DNA from: an uncultured delta proteobacterium
Lineage (GTDB): Bacteria > Myxococcota_A > Polyangia > Polyangiales > Polyangiaceae
NCBI GenBank assembly: GCA_963841435.1
Contig: CAWJCS010000005.1
Span: 352,001-416,000, forward strand
Reading direction: 5' to 3'
DNA: 64,000 nt
Shown here: in pieces, positions 38,165-48,063 of the stretch
Numbering within the stretch: the first letter of the stretch is position 1
How the letters are laid out: every line of letters starts with the position of its first letter
Notes under the pieces: model-generated
What the model was told of the DNA's origin: nothing
What the model saw: the letters and a program-made list of their open reading frames with translations, nothing else
Database searches by the model: none
Made by a program: the position numbers and the translations under genes

Positions 38165-38992
38165 ATGCCCACCTCGCCGCGTCCCCTCCCCTTCGTTCCC
38201 TTCTGCGCCCTCGCCTGCCTAGCCGTGGGGCTCGCCGGGTGCGGCCCGAGCGAGGAGGACTTCGCGAGCGCGGTCGTGACCTCCGCACTGTCGGCACCCG
38301 AGCATCAGCAGCTCGCTGACGACGTCGTCGATGACCCGTGCGGCGCGCTGAACGCCGAGGCGTTCGCCGCAGAAGCGGCCCAGCGCCCCGCGGCCGGGCT
38401 CTACCCCGCGAGCTGCGTCGAGAAGACGGCCGCGGGCAGCACGCTCGACTTGAGCTTCGACGACTGCACGGGTCCGTTCGGCCGCGTCCACCTCGACGGC
38501 ACCGTGCGGGCGGAGCTCAGCGTGAGCGGCGAGTGCCGACTGCACGCCGACGTGCACGATACGGGACTCACCGCCAACGACCGTCCGTTCGCGCTGACGG
38601 CGCGCGCCGACATCCAGGTGCTCGACGGAGCGCACGAGGTCTCGTGGCACGGGCACGAAAGCGGCACGACGCGGCGCGGGCGCAATATCGAGCAAACCTC
38701 GTCTCTCGACGTGCTCGTCGATCGCGCGACCGGGTGCCGCGTGATCTCCGGGAACACCGACGGCGAGGTGAGCGGGTTCGAGTACGACTGGGGCGTGCGC
38801 GACATGGCGATCTGCCCGGGCGAGTGCCCGTCGGGGGGTGTCGTCGATGCGGCGTGGCACCGAGGGCTCCGCGAGCGAAACTTCCACGTGGCGTTCGACG
38901 GCTCGAGCGTCGCTCACGTGACCTTGCCGAGCGGCCGGGTGCACGACGTTGCCATGGCATGCGACGCCGCTGAAGCCGCCGACGACGAGTGA
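38165..38992 (+). CDS. hypothetical lipoprotein
   Basis: GLAGC lipobox; beta-rich; CPGECPSGG. Confidence 0.8.
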   Translation: MPTSPRPLPFVPFCALACLAVGLAGCGPSEEDFASAVVTSALSAPEHQQLADDVVDDPCGALNAEAFAAEAAQRPAAGLYPASCVEKTAAGSTLDLSFDDCTGPFGRVHLDGTVRAELSVSGECRLHADVHDTGLTANDRPFALTARADIQVLDGAHEVSWHGHESGTTRRGRNIEQTSSLDVLVDRATGCRVISGNTDGEVSGFEYDWGVRDMAICPGECPSGGVVDAAWHRGLRERNFHVAFDGSSVAHVTLPSGRVHDVAMACDAAEAADDE

Positions 38993-39190
38993 CGCGGGCT
39001 CGCGCCGCCCGCCGGCCTCGCGATGCCGCCCGGGTAGCTCCGCGAAGCGCCGAGGGCAGGACCGCTAAGAATTACTCGCATACTGGAATTCACGCGGCGG
39101 CCTTATCATCGCAATCCTGGCGTAAGAGATTTCATTTTTGGCGCTTCGCGAGGCGGAACGAGGACCACATGGTAGTTTCCAGGCACCTCT

Positions 39191-40150
39191 GTGGCGCTGC
39201 GACGACGCGTGGATTGGCCGGTGATCCTGGGCGCGGACGCTCCGCGACCGGCGATGGTGGCGAGCGCCCAAAGCGAGCTCGCCGAGGTGCTGGCCGCCTG
39301 CGACGAGCTGATGGCCATCGACGACTCCGATCTGGTGCTCCGCCGTGCCGTCGAGCTTGCCCGTGAGCGGCTGGGGCTCGAGCGCGTGGGGCTGTTCTTG
39401 GTCGACGAGCCGCGCGGGCTGATGCTCGGCACCTGGGGTACCGATCTCGAAGGGCGCTCGGTCAACGAGCACCACGTGATGTACGAGATCGGCGGCAACG
39501 ATCGGGAGGCTTTCCGCCGGGCGACCGAAGACGGCGCGCCGTTCACGCTCATCGACAACTGCCCCATCGTCGTCCAGCTCGAGGCCGAGACGAAGATCGT
39601 GGGCCGGGGCTGGGTGGCCTGCACACCGATCCGCTCGGCGCGGGGCAACATCGGTATGCTTTTCAACGACTCGGGGCCCGACGGACCGCCGGTCGACGAC
39701 GCTAAGCAGGCGCGCGCTGCCATCCTGTGCTCCGTGCTCGGCACGATCCTCGAGCTGAGTCACGGGCGGCCTGGCCAGGGCGTCGCCGGCCAGCTCTCCA
39801 CGGCCGGCCACCCCGTGGTCGTTTCGAGCCTGCGGCTCCTGGCGAAGGATCCCACGCTCACGGCGCGCAAGCTCGCGCCAAAGCTCCACATCAGCTCGAG
39901 CCGTCTCGCGCGGGTGTTCAAGGCGGAGATGGGCATGTCGCTCGTCGAGTATCGGAACCGCCTCCGCCTCGAGCGCTTTCAGGTGTTGCTCGACGCGGGC
40001 GGCGAGAACCTGCTCGAAGCCGCGCTCGCGGCGGGTTTCGGCAGCTACGCGCAATTTTACCGCGTGTATCGCGCAGTACGCGGCGCGCCGCCGCGCGCGT
40101 CGCTGCGCGAGCGACCCTCGTCGCCCGCCAACGGCCGCCGCCCTTCATGA
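39191..40150 (+). CDS. AraC-family regulator with a GAF-like N-terminus
   Basis: SSSRLARVFKAEMG..YRNRLRL..AALAAGFGSYAQFYRVY. Confidence 0.85.
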   Translation: MALRRRVDWPVILGADAPRPAMVASAQSELAEVLAACDELMAIDDSDLVLRRAVELARERLGLERVGLFLVDEPRGLMLGTWGTDLEGRSVNEHHVMYEIGGNDREAFRRATEDGAPFTLIDNCPIVVQLEAETKIVGRGWVACTPIRSARGNIGMLFNDSGPDGPPVDDAKQARAAILCSVLGTILELSHGRPGQGVAGQLSTAGHPVVVSSLRLLAKDPTLTARKLAPKLHISSSRLARVFKAEMGMSLVEYRNRLRLERFQVLLDAGGENLLEAALAAGFGSYAQFYRVYRAVRGAPPRASLRERPSSPANGRRPS

Positions 40151-41385
40151 GCTTCGACATCAACGGGATCCTCGGTAGCGGGCAGAGCCTCTCCGTGGGT
40201 GCGCCGTTCTCGGGGACGGCCGTCGTGGAACCGATGCCGGGACCGACGTGCCACCTCAAGCTCTCGCTCGACGGCGCGCGCGTGCCGCCGTGGGACCCCG
40301 AGCAGCCGGGGCTCGCGCTCGTCCCGTACTCGGAGCCGATCCGACCGCTTGGCACCGAGTATCCGAGCCCGTATCCCGACAACCTTTTCGGTGAGACGCT
40401 GCACGCTGCCATCACGCGACAGCTCAGTGCGCTCACGAGCGCGGCGGGCCTGCCCGAGCACGTGACGGTGCACAGCGTCGTTGGCGAATGCGGGCAGGGC
40501 ATGGCGGCGCTCTCCAAGCATTCCGGCGACACCACGGGCACGACGGGGCGCTCGTACGCCGCCGCGATCTTCGAGGTGGCCGCCATCGCACGGCTCGCGC
40601 GGGCCACGGGACGCTCGTACGGCGTGCGCGCCCTCGTGATGACCCACGGCGAGACCGACTGGCAGAGCCCCACTTACGAGCGCGAGCTCGTCGAGCTGAT
40701 GAACGACCTGAATCGCGACGTCCCGGCGCTAACGGGGCAGTCGGAGCCCGTCGTGATGCTTTTGTCGCAGCAGTTCGCTTTCCCGACGGGCCGCGGCGAG
40801 CGCCCGCTGGGGACGCTTTTACAGTGGCGACTCGGCGTGGAGCGGCCTGGCGCTTTCGTGTGCACGGGACCGCGGTATCACCTGGCGGGCGCCGGCGACG
40901 GCATTCATCTGTTGCTCGAGGGCTACCGCGCGCTCGGCGAGAAGACGGCCGAGGTGTACTTCGAGCGCTGCGTGATGGGCCGCGACTGGCGACCCCTGCA
41001 ACCGACGGCCGCCTCGCGCGACGGGCGTGTCGTGACCGTGCACTTTCACGTGCCCGTACCGCCGCTCGCCTGGGACGACACGCTGCCACGGCCGCTCGCC
41101 TGGGAGCACGGGCGCGGTTTCGAGCTCTATCGCGAGAACGAGCGCATCGGCATCGTCTCGGCGGAGATCGTCGGCGACACCGTGCGCTTGCGCAGCGATA
41201 CGGACCTCGGCTCGGGCGAGCTCACGGTTGCCTACGCGATGGCGAGCGCCGGGGAGAGCATGCGCGGCGCGTCCGGCGCGTACCGCTGGGGCCAGCTCCG
41301 GGACTCCGACCCCCTCGTCGGCGTCGCGAGCGGCGTGGCCCAGCCGAACTACGCGGTCTCTTTCGAGCTCGACGTGCCCGGCTGA
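40147..41385 (+). CDS. SGNH-type (sialate O-acetylesterase-like) hydrolase
   Basis: GQSLS, THGETD, DGIHL; ATGA overlap. Confidence 0.75.
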   Translation: MSFDINGILGSGQSLSVGAPFSGTAVVEPMPGPTCHLKLSLDGARVPPWDPEQPGLALVPYSEPIRPLGTEYPSPYPDNLFGETLHAAITRQLSALTSAAGLPEHVTVHSVVGECGQGMAALSKHSGDTTGTTGRSYAAAIFEVAAIARLARATGRSYGVRALVMTHGETDWQSPTYERELVELMNDLNRDVPALTGQSEPVVMLLSQQFAFPTGRGERPLGTLLQWRLGVERPGAFVCTGPRYHLAGAGDGIHLLLEGYRALGEKTAEVYFERCVMGRDWRPLQPTAASRDGRVVTVHFHVPVPPLAWDDTLPRPLAWEHGRGFELYRENERIGIVSAEIVGDTVRLRSDTDLGSGELTVAYAMASAGESMRGASGAYRWGQLRDSDPLVGVASGVAQPNYAVSFELDVPG

Positions 41386-42056
41386 CGAGAAGCGCTCGCG
41401 GGGGCTCCGCGGAGCCCGGCATGCGGAGCGGCGCTCGGACGGCCCGCGGCGAGCCGAGCCTCGGCGTAGCGCAGCTTGAGCTCCCGATCCTTGTTGATCG
41501 GGTCGTGGGCGTGATCGAACGGTACCCGCCGATCGATACCGCAGAAGTTCAGCATCTCGAACATCTGTAAAAGGTGTCGGATGCGAACCTCGGCGTCGCT
41601 CGCCGGCGGAGCCGTCGAAAACTTCTGGCTGAAGAGCAGCTCGAAGAGCTCGGCTTCCCCGGCGACTTTCGACTGATGGAGCGCTTCGTTGAGCGCGCGC
41701 TTGAGCTCCTCGTCCGGCTTGTCGCGCAGCGCGATGATCGCGTGCTCGTCGAGCGGGAAGAGCGCGTCCGTCTGCTTGAAGTAGTGCAGCTCGAAGGCGT
41801 ACGCGTGGGCGTGAATGCAATAACTGCAACCGTTGAGGAGTGAGGCTTCCACGCACAGAAGGTGGGTGCGCAGGGGGCCCCACCGCTTCATGGTGTCCTC
41901 GTAGCTCGGCAAGTTCCGAGCGAACCACTTGATGGCGCCTCCGGCCCCCAGGTGATCGACGATCTCTTCGATCAAGAAGGGTGGGTCACCCCACAACACA
42001 CGCGTCACCGCGCGCAGCACCGTGGTGGCTGCGCGGTTGGAGAGTGCGCGGCTCAC
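41349..42056 (-). CDS. AhpD/CMD-like hypothetical protein
   Basis: SLLNGCSYCIHAH motif. Confidence 0.6.
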   Translation of the reverse strand: MSRALSNRAATTVLRAVTRVLWGDPPFLIEEIVDHLGAGGAIKWFARNLPSYEDTMKRWGPLRTHLLCVEASLLNGCSYCIHAHAYAFELHYFKQTDALFPLDEHAIIALRDKPDEELKRALNEALHQSKVAGEAELFELLFSQKFSTAPPASDAEVRIRHLLQMFEMLNFCGIDRRVPFDHAHDPINKDRELKLRYAEARLAAGRPSAAPHAGLRGAPASASRQPGTSSSKETA

Positions 42057-43135
42057 GTCCCCGCCTCACCCAACCACGAGCTCATCGAGTCCGCCGAGGC
42101 GAACGTCTTCCAGGGCAACCCCGCAACGCGACGGCCAATGAGCACGCTCGCACCGCGCGCCTCCGGCGTTCCCGAAACGAAGCCAACGCACCTGAGGCGG
42201 TCGCGGTAGCGGGTGTGCAGCGCCGCGATCGCCTCGATCGCAGTCGAATGACTGCTGCTCTGCGGGTCGAGCAGGTAGCCGATCGCATGCGACCCCGGTG
42301 CGTCGAGCGCGCGCGCCACCTGCTCGATGCACGTCCCGACGGATTCCGGCGTCCACTTGCCGGACACGCGAACGTTGATGGCATGAAGCGACCCGTCCAC
42401 TTCGATCGAGAAGGGGGCGCGATTCGTGCGATCCTTCGGGCCCGTGCCTGCTTCGAGCACGACGAGTAGCTCGTCGAGCGCCCAGAAGCGCTCCCTGGGA
42501 AACGGCGACAAGGCGCGGCGAAGCGCGCTGTCGAGCTCCGCGTGCACGCTGATGGTCTCCGTGGGCGCCGGTGAATGCCCGAGCAGCAGCCAGGCGACGA
42601 GCGCCGCCAGGGAGTACTGATCGACGTGCGGCTCGAGCCGGTGCAGGGAGGCTTGCTCGGGAGCGGCGAAAGGCCCCTGGGTGGGTTTGGGCAGGAGCGC
42701 GAAGTCGACGACGATGGGCTCGTCGGAGGGGCCGAACAGCACGTTTTCCGGCTTGAGCGCACCGTGCGAGAGCCCCCGGCAGTGGGCGACCTCGAGCGCG
42801 CGGCCGATCCTCGCCCCCACGCTGAGCTTGTCGGCGAGTGTCAAGCCCTGGGCCAACGTGGCGAGCGAGCTACCCAGCAGGTACTCGCGCGCGGTGTAAA
42901 GCGTGCGGCCGTTCTTGCCGCGATCGATCAGGGTGACGACGTTCGGGTGCGAGATCGCCGAAAGGGCGGTCGCACGCGACGTGAACACGACGACCTCGTC
43001 ACCCCGGCTGTTTGCAGGTAGCTCGTGAAGCTTGAGGACGACGTCGCCCGCCACGCCCTTGGCGAGGAAGCTCGAGCCCTGCCCCTGAGACAGCGCCCGC
43101 AGCACGTCGTAGCCGACGATTGCCGGAGGCAGCAC
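42053..43135 (-). CDS. Ser/Thr kinase-like protein (probable pseudokinase) with a STAS/SpoIIAA-like tail
   Basis: VVLK, HPNVV, HGALKPENVL, DFAL, AAPEQ, DQYSL. Confidence 0.75.
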   Translation of the reverse strand: MLPPAIVGYDVLRALSQGQGSSFLAKGVAGDVVLKLHELPANSRGDEVVVFTSRATALSAISHPNVVTLIDRGKNGRTLYTAREYLLGSSLATLAQGLTLADKLSVGARIGRALEVAHCRGLSHGALKPENVLFGPSDEPIVVDFALLPKPTQGPFAAPEQASLHRLEPHVDQYSLAALVAWLLLGHSPAPTETISVHAELDSALRRALSPFPRERFWALDELLVVLEAGTGPKDRTNRAPFSIEVDGSLHAINVRVSGKWTPESVGTCIEQVARALDAPGSHAIGYLLDPQSSSHSTAIEAIAALHTRYRDRLRCVGFVSGTPEARGASVLIGRRVAGLPWKTFASADSMSSWLGEAGT

Positions 43136-43291
43136 GACTCACCATGTTACCCGAAGTCCGCTTCGGCACGCAATCGTCGGCGGCGACGGCCTGGGACAGG
43201 GCCATCGCGGGGCTTTCGAGGCTCCGCGGCGCCGGACCCCGCCGAGCACCGTGTCGTTCCGGGGCACCCCGCACGGGGGGCCCACACACGC

Positions 43292-44848
43292 TCACGAGTG
43301 CCCCTCTTCGACGTCCGCGAGCGCCCGATCCACCTCGCGCGCGAGATCCTCCAGCGCCTCGCTGCTGATCGTCCCCTCGCGATGCGCTCGCAAGAGCTCC
43401 GCCTTTTGAGCCACGAGCAGGTGACGCCGGGCCGCCTCCCGCTCCTCGCGTAAAAGAGCGGTGCTTTCCAGCTGAAGCTCCGTCACGGCGGAGCGCGCTG
43501 CGGAGAGCTCCGGTTCGAGCTCTGCCTGCACTTCGTCGAGCACGGCCTCGCTCGCGACCCCACTGCCGCGCATGCGCTGGATCTCGGCGAGCGAGGCGGT
43601 GAGCGCCAACAGCCGGCCACGACGGCGTTCGTATTCGTGGCGGTCGTGCTGGACGCCCGCGAGGCCGAGCCGGCGGAGCAACGGAGGCATGGTCATGCCC
43701 TGCAGGAGGATGCTGATGAGCACGACGCCGAAAGTGGTCGTCACGAGCACCTGACGGTGCACGAACGTCGCCGGCAGGCTCAACGCAAGCACCATCGAGA
43801 GGCTGCCGCGCAGGCCGCCCCAGGTGAGCACGGCGGCCCAGCTCAGCTTGAGCCGCTCGCGCGAGCGCGAGAGGGCGAGCGTGACGATGCCGATCACGGC
43901 GGCGCGCGCGAGGAGCGCGACGAGCCAGGCCGTGACGATGGCCGGAGCCGACGCGAGCAGCGTGCCGAGGTCCACCTCCAGCCCCACGAGCAAGAAGACG
44001 ATGGAGTTCAGCGCAAACGACACGTACTCCCAGAACGACTCGACCGCGATGCGGGTGGAGGGGCTCATGCCCGTGCGCGCGCCGTAGTTGCCGCACAGCA
44101 TGCCGGCGATGACGGTCGCAATCACACCCGAAACCTGGAAGTGCTCCGCGACGGCGAACGAGCCGTACGCCGCGATCGTCGTGACCGTGATCTCGATCAT
44201 CGCGTCGTCGACCTGCTGGATGACCTTCGACGCGGCGTAGCCGATGAGCGCGCCAATCGCGCCACCGAGCCCCACGACCACGAAGAAGCGCACGATGGCG
44301 GCCGGCACGCCGAGCGCTCCCGAGAGCGCGAAGGAAAGCGCGAGGCCGAACACCACGACCGCGGTGCCGTCGTTGAGCAGGCTCTCGCCCTCGACGAGCA
44401 CGGCGAGGCGTTTCGGCGCGCCGAGCGACTTGAAGAGGGCCACGACGGCAATCGGGTCGGTCGCCGCGATGAGCGCGCCGAACAGGAGGCCGTCGGTGAG
44501 CGTGAAGCCCTCGACGAAGTGCAGGCCGTCGAGCACGGGCGTGAGCAGCACCGCGGTGAGCGCGATCGACACGACGAGGCCCGGCACGGCGAGCGAGTGA
44601 ATCGCGACCTTGTTCGCCCAGAACTTGCCGAACTCGAGGTGAAACGCGGCCTCGAACAGGAGTCCGGGCAGGAACAGCCCGTAGAGCAGCTCCTTGGTGA
44701 GGTGCAGCGGCGCGAGCGCGTCCGTTCCGCCGAGCAAGAGGCCCGCGATGACGAGCGCCACCGTGTAGGGGATCTCGAGGCGCCGCACCAGGAGCGCGAC
44801 TCCGGTGGCGACCGCAAAGAGCCCCACGAACGCGAACTCGAGCGACAT
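43292..44848 (-). CDS. CPA1 Na+/H+ antiporter
   Basis: ATDPIAV, EGESLLNDG, WGGLRG. Confidence 0.92.
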   Translation of the reverse strand: MSLEFAFVGLFAVATGVALLVRRLEIPYTVALVIAGLLLGGTDALAPLHLTKELLYGLFLPGLLFEAAFHLEFGKFWANKVAIHSLAVPGLVVSIALTAVLLTPVLDGLHFVEGFTLTDGLLFGALIAATDPIAVVALFKSLGAPKRLAVLVEGESLLNDGTAVVVFGLALSFALSGALGVPAAIVRFFVVVGLGGAIGALIGYAASKVIQQVDDAMIEITVTTIAAYGSFAVAEHFQVSGVIATVIAGMLCGNYGARTGMSPSTRIAVESFWEYVSFALNSIVFLLVGLEVDLGTLLASAPAIVTAWLVALLARAAVIGIVTLALSRSRERLKLSWAAVLTWGGLRGSLSMVLALSLPATFVHRQVLVTTTFGVVLISILLQGMTMPPLLRRLGLAGVQHDRHEYERRRGRLLALTASLAEIQRMRGSGVASEAVLDEVQAELEPELSAARSAVTELQLESTALLREEREAARRHLLVAQKAELLRAHREGTISSEALEDLAREVDRALADVEEGHS

Positions 44849-44949
44849 GACGCGCCGAGTCTGAACGAAGAGCACCGGTTCGAAAACGCCAAAGTTGGCG
44901 GTGGCTGTGCTATCGATGGGAAGGTCGAGGAGCGCGCATCGAGCAGAGC

Positions 44950-46767
44950 ATGGGCCTCAGAATCGAGGATTACGGGCTGATCGGCGATTGCGAGGGTGCT
45001 GGGCTCGTGGGCAGCGACGGCTCGATCGACTGGCTCTGCGTGCCGCGTTTCGATTCGAGCGCCTGCTTCGCGAAGCTTCTCGGCGACGAGAACAATGGGC
45101 GTTGGCTCGTGGCGCCGCGCGGGCCCGTGCTTGCGACGCGCCGGCGCTACATCGACGAGACGCTCGTGCTCGAAACGGAGTTCGAGACCGCGACGGGCGT
45201 GGCAGCCGTGATCGACTGCATGCCGCGCGGATCGGAGGCCGTCGATATCGTGCGAATCGTCGAGGGGCGTCGCGGCACGGTGCCGATGCACGTCGAGCTC
45301 GTGATCCGCTTCGACTACGGCAGCATCGTCCCGTGGGTCACGCGCGAAGGCCAAGATCTCACCGCCATCGCCGGGCCCGACATGCTGCACCTCAGGACGC
45401 CCGTCGATCTCCATGGCCAGGGCCTCGGCACGGTGGGGGCGTTCGAGGTGAAGGCGGGCGAGCGCGTACCGTTCGTGATGACGTTCCACCCGTCGCACCT
45501 GCCGCGCCCCGCGCCGGTCGACGCAGAGTTCGCCGTGAAGGACACGCTCGAGCGCTGGCGAGAGTGGTCGGCGCGCTCCACGTACCAGGGCGAATTTCGC
45601 GAAGCCGTGCAGCGCTCGCTCATCACGTTGAAGGCGCTCACCTACGCGCCCACGGGCGGCATCGTCGCGGCCCCGACGACGTCACTTCCGGAGCGGATCG
45701 GCGGCGTCAGAAACTGGGACTACCGCTTTTGCTGGGTACGCGACGCCGCGATCACGCTCTACGCGCTGCTCGCGTCGGGCTACCGCGAGGAGGCGCGCGC
45801 CTGGCGCGAGTGGCTGGTGAGAGCCGTGGCGGGTAGCCCTTCGCAGATCCACACGCTCTACGGCATCGCCGGCGAACGGCGCACCAACGAGATCGAGCTC
45901 GACTGGCTCGCCGGCTACGAGGGCTCGCGCCCCGTGCGGGTCGGCAACGCGGCCCACAGCCAGCTGCAGCTCGACGTGTTCGGCGAGCTTTCGGACGCGA
46001 TGCACCAGTGCCGCTCCGTGGGCCTCGAGGCACACGAAAGCTGGCACGTCGAGCGCGCGCTCGTGGAGTTCCTCGAATCGGCCTATTCACAACCCGACGA
46101 GGGCATCTGGGAGGTCCGTGGCCCGCGGCGTCACTTCACGCATTCCAAGGTGATGGCCTGGGTCGCGTTCGATCGCGCGGTCAAGGCCGTGGAGTGGTTC
46201 GGTCAAGACGGGCCGCTCGAGCGCTGGACCAAGGCGAGGAGCGCGCTCCACGCCGAGATCTGCGAGCGTGGCTACGATGCGAGCATCGGCGCGTTCACGC
46301 AGTGTTATGGCTCAGGCGAGCTCGATGCGAGCCTGCTCTTGATTCCCCTCGTGGGCTTCTTGCCGGCCAGCGACGGGCGCGTGAAGGGGACGCTTGCTGC
46401 CATCGAACGCCGTCTCTTGCGCGAGGGCTTCGTCTATCGCTACCAGACGAACGAAGGCACGGTCAACGGGCTGCCCGAGGGCGAAGGGGCTTTTCTGGCC
46501 TGCAGCTTCTGGTACGTCGACAACCTCGTGTTGCAGGGAAGAATGGCCGAGGCGCGCCACATGTTCCAGCGTCTGCTCGACATCCGCAACGACCTCGGGC
46601 TCCTCGCCGAGGAGTACGACCCTGTCCTCGGGCGCCAGACCGGCAACTTTCCGCAAGCGTTCTCGCACCTGGCGCTCATCAACAGCGCGCACGCGCTGTC
46701 GAACCCCGCCGAGAGCCCGGTGGATCATCGCTCGCTCACACCACCGCCCGCGTCCGCGAAATACTGA
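44950..46767 (+). CDS. glycoside hydrolase family 15 (trehalase/glucoamylase-like)
   Basis: TTSLPE..GG.RNWDYRFCW.RD, GIWEVRG, LLAEE, GNFPQAFSH. Confidence 0.93.
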   Translation: MGLRIEDYGLIGDCEGAGLVGSDGSIDWLCVPRFDSSACFAKLLGDENNGRWLVAPRGPVLATRRRYIDETLVLETEFETATGVAAVIDCMPRGSEAVDIVRIVEGRRGTVPMHVELVIRFDYGSIVPWVTREGQDLTAIAGPDMLHLRTPVDLHGQGLGTVGAFEVKAGERVPFVMTFHPSHLPRPAPVDAEFAVKDTLERWREWSARSTYQGEFREAVQRSLITLKALTYAPTGGIVAAPTTSLPERIGGVRNWDYRFCWVRDAAITLYALLASGYREEARAWREWLVRAVAGSPSQIHTLYGIAGERRTNEIELDWLAGYEGSRPVRVGNAAHSQLQLDVFGELSDAMHQCRSVGLEAHESWHVERALVEFLESAYSQPDEGIWEVRGPRRHFTHSKVMAWVAFDRAVKAVEWFGQDGPLERWTKARSALHAEICERGYDASIGAFTQCYGSGELDASLLLIPLVGFLPASDGRVKGTLAAIERRLLREGFVYRYQTNEGTVNGLPEGEGAFLACSFWYVDNLVLQGRMAEARHMFQRLLDIRNDLGLLAEEYDPVLGRQTGNFPQAFSHLALINSAHALSNPAESPVDHRSLTPPPASAKY

Positions 46768-46818
46768 CGCTCGGCGGAGGGCGAGCGGCTCGCGTCCGCA
46801 CGACCGAGCGCGGGCGGG

Positions 46819-48060
46819 TCAGCGCCCCACGTCGACGGTCGCGTCGACGGAGAGCCCGGCGAAAAGGTGCACGTCCTTCGGCAGGTTGACCCAGGCGATG
46901 CGCACCGGAACGCGTTGCACGACCTTGACGAAGTTGCCCGAGGCGTTGTCGGCGGGAAACAGCGAGAAGCTCGCGCCCGTGCCGCCCGAAAGGCTCTCCA
47001 CGCGCCCTTCGAACTCGCGATGCGGGTAGGCGTCGAGCTCGAGGGTCGCGTGCTGGCCGGGATGCATCGCGCCGATCTGCGTCTCCTTGAAGTTCGCGAC
47101 GACGAAGGTCTCCTCGGGCACGAGCTCGACGAGCGGCTGGGCCACGTTGACGAGCTGCCCCTCCTGCACCGCGAGCTTCGAAGCGGTACCGTCGGCCGGC
47201 GCCGTGACCTTCGTGTAAGAAAGCTGCAGGCGCGCGATGTCGAGGGCCGCCTCGGCGATCTTCACGCGCGCGTGGGCGAGGTCGGCGCTCGCCTGCGCCG
47301 CGGCGATCTGCGCGTCGATGGGCGCGCTCTGGGTCACGCGCCCCGCCGCCTCGGAAACGTGCGCGAAGGCGGCGCGCTTCGCTTCTTCGGCCGCGGTGAC
47401 CTCGGCACGCGCCTGCGCGAGCGCCGCTTGAGCGGAATCGGAGGCGACCTGCGCGTCGTCGAGCTCCTTCTCCGCGACGGCGTTGACGGCGCGAAGCTCG
47501 TGCGCTCGCCTGAGGTCGGAGTCCGCCTTGCGCCCGTCGGCTTCGGCGCGCACCAGCCGCGCCTTGGCGGCGAGCAGCTGCGCGTTGGCCGACGCCACGC
47601 CCACCGAGGAGCCGGAATAGGCGGCTTTCGCGCTCGACAGATTGCCCGTGGAGGTGGCCGTGACGATCGAAACCTGCGCGTCCCCCTGCGCGGCCTGCGC
47701 TTGTGCGCTCTCGACCTCCGCCTCGGCGCCCCTCACGCGCGCGACGAGCTCGGCATCGTCGATGACGGCGATGATGTCACCCTTTTTGACGTGCTGGTTT
47801 TCCTTGATCGAAAGCTTTTGGATCCGGCCGGCCACGCGCGCCGCAATGGGCACGAGATCGGCGGACACCTGCGCGTCGTCGGTGCTCACCTGACCCGCCG
47901 TGAGCAGGAGATAGCCCCCGATCGCCAGCAACGTCACGAGCAGCACGCCGCCGAGCACGACGAAGGGGCGTCTTCCCGTGGGCCGGGGCGCTGGAGGAGG
48001 AGGAGGCCCTTCCTTGGGGCTCGGTTCGACGACGGCAACGGGTCGCTGTTCGGCTTGCAT
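46819..48060 (-). CDS. EmrA-like HlyD membrane fusion protein
   Basis: STDDAQV, ANFKETQ, NASGNFVKVVQRVPV. Confidence 0.92.
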   Translation of the reverse strand: MQAEQRPVAVVEPSPKEGPPPPPAPRPTGRRPFVVLGGVLLVTLLAIGGYLLLTAGQVSTDDAQVSADLVPIAARVAGRIQKLSIKENQHVKKGDIIAVIDDAELVARVRGAEAEVESAQAQAAQGDAQVSIVTATSTGNLSSAKAAYSGSSVGVASANAQLLAAKARLVRAEADGRKADSDLRRAHELRAVNAVAEKELDDAQVASDSAQAALAQARAEVTAAEEAKRAAFAHVSEAAGRVTQSAPIDAQIAAAQASADLAHARVKIAEAALDIARLQLSYTKVTAPADGTASKLAVQEGQLVNVAQPLVELVPEETFVVANFKETQIGAMHPGQHATLELDAYPHREFEGRVESLSGGTGASFSLFPADNASGNFVKVVQRVPVRIAWVNLPKDVHLFAGLSVDATVDVGR

Positions 48061-48063
48061 GAT

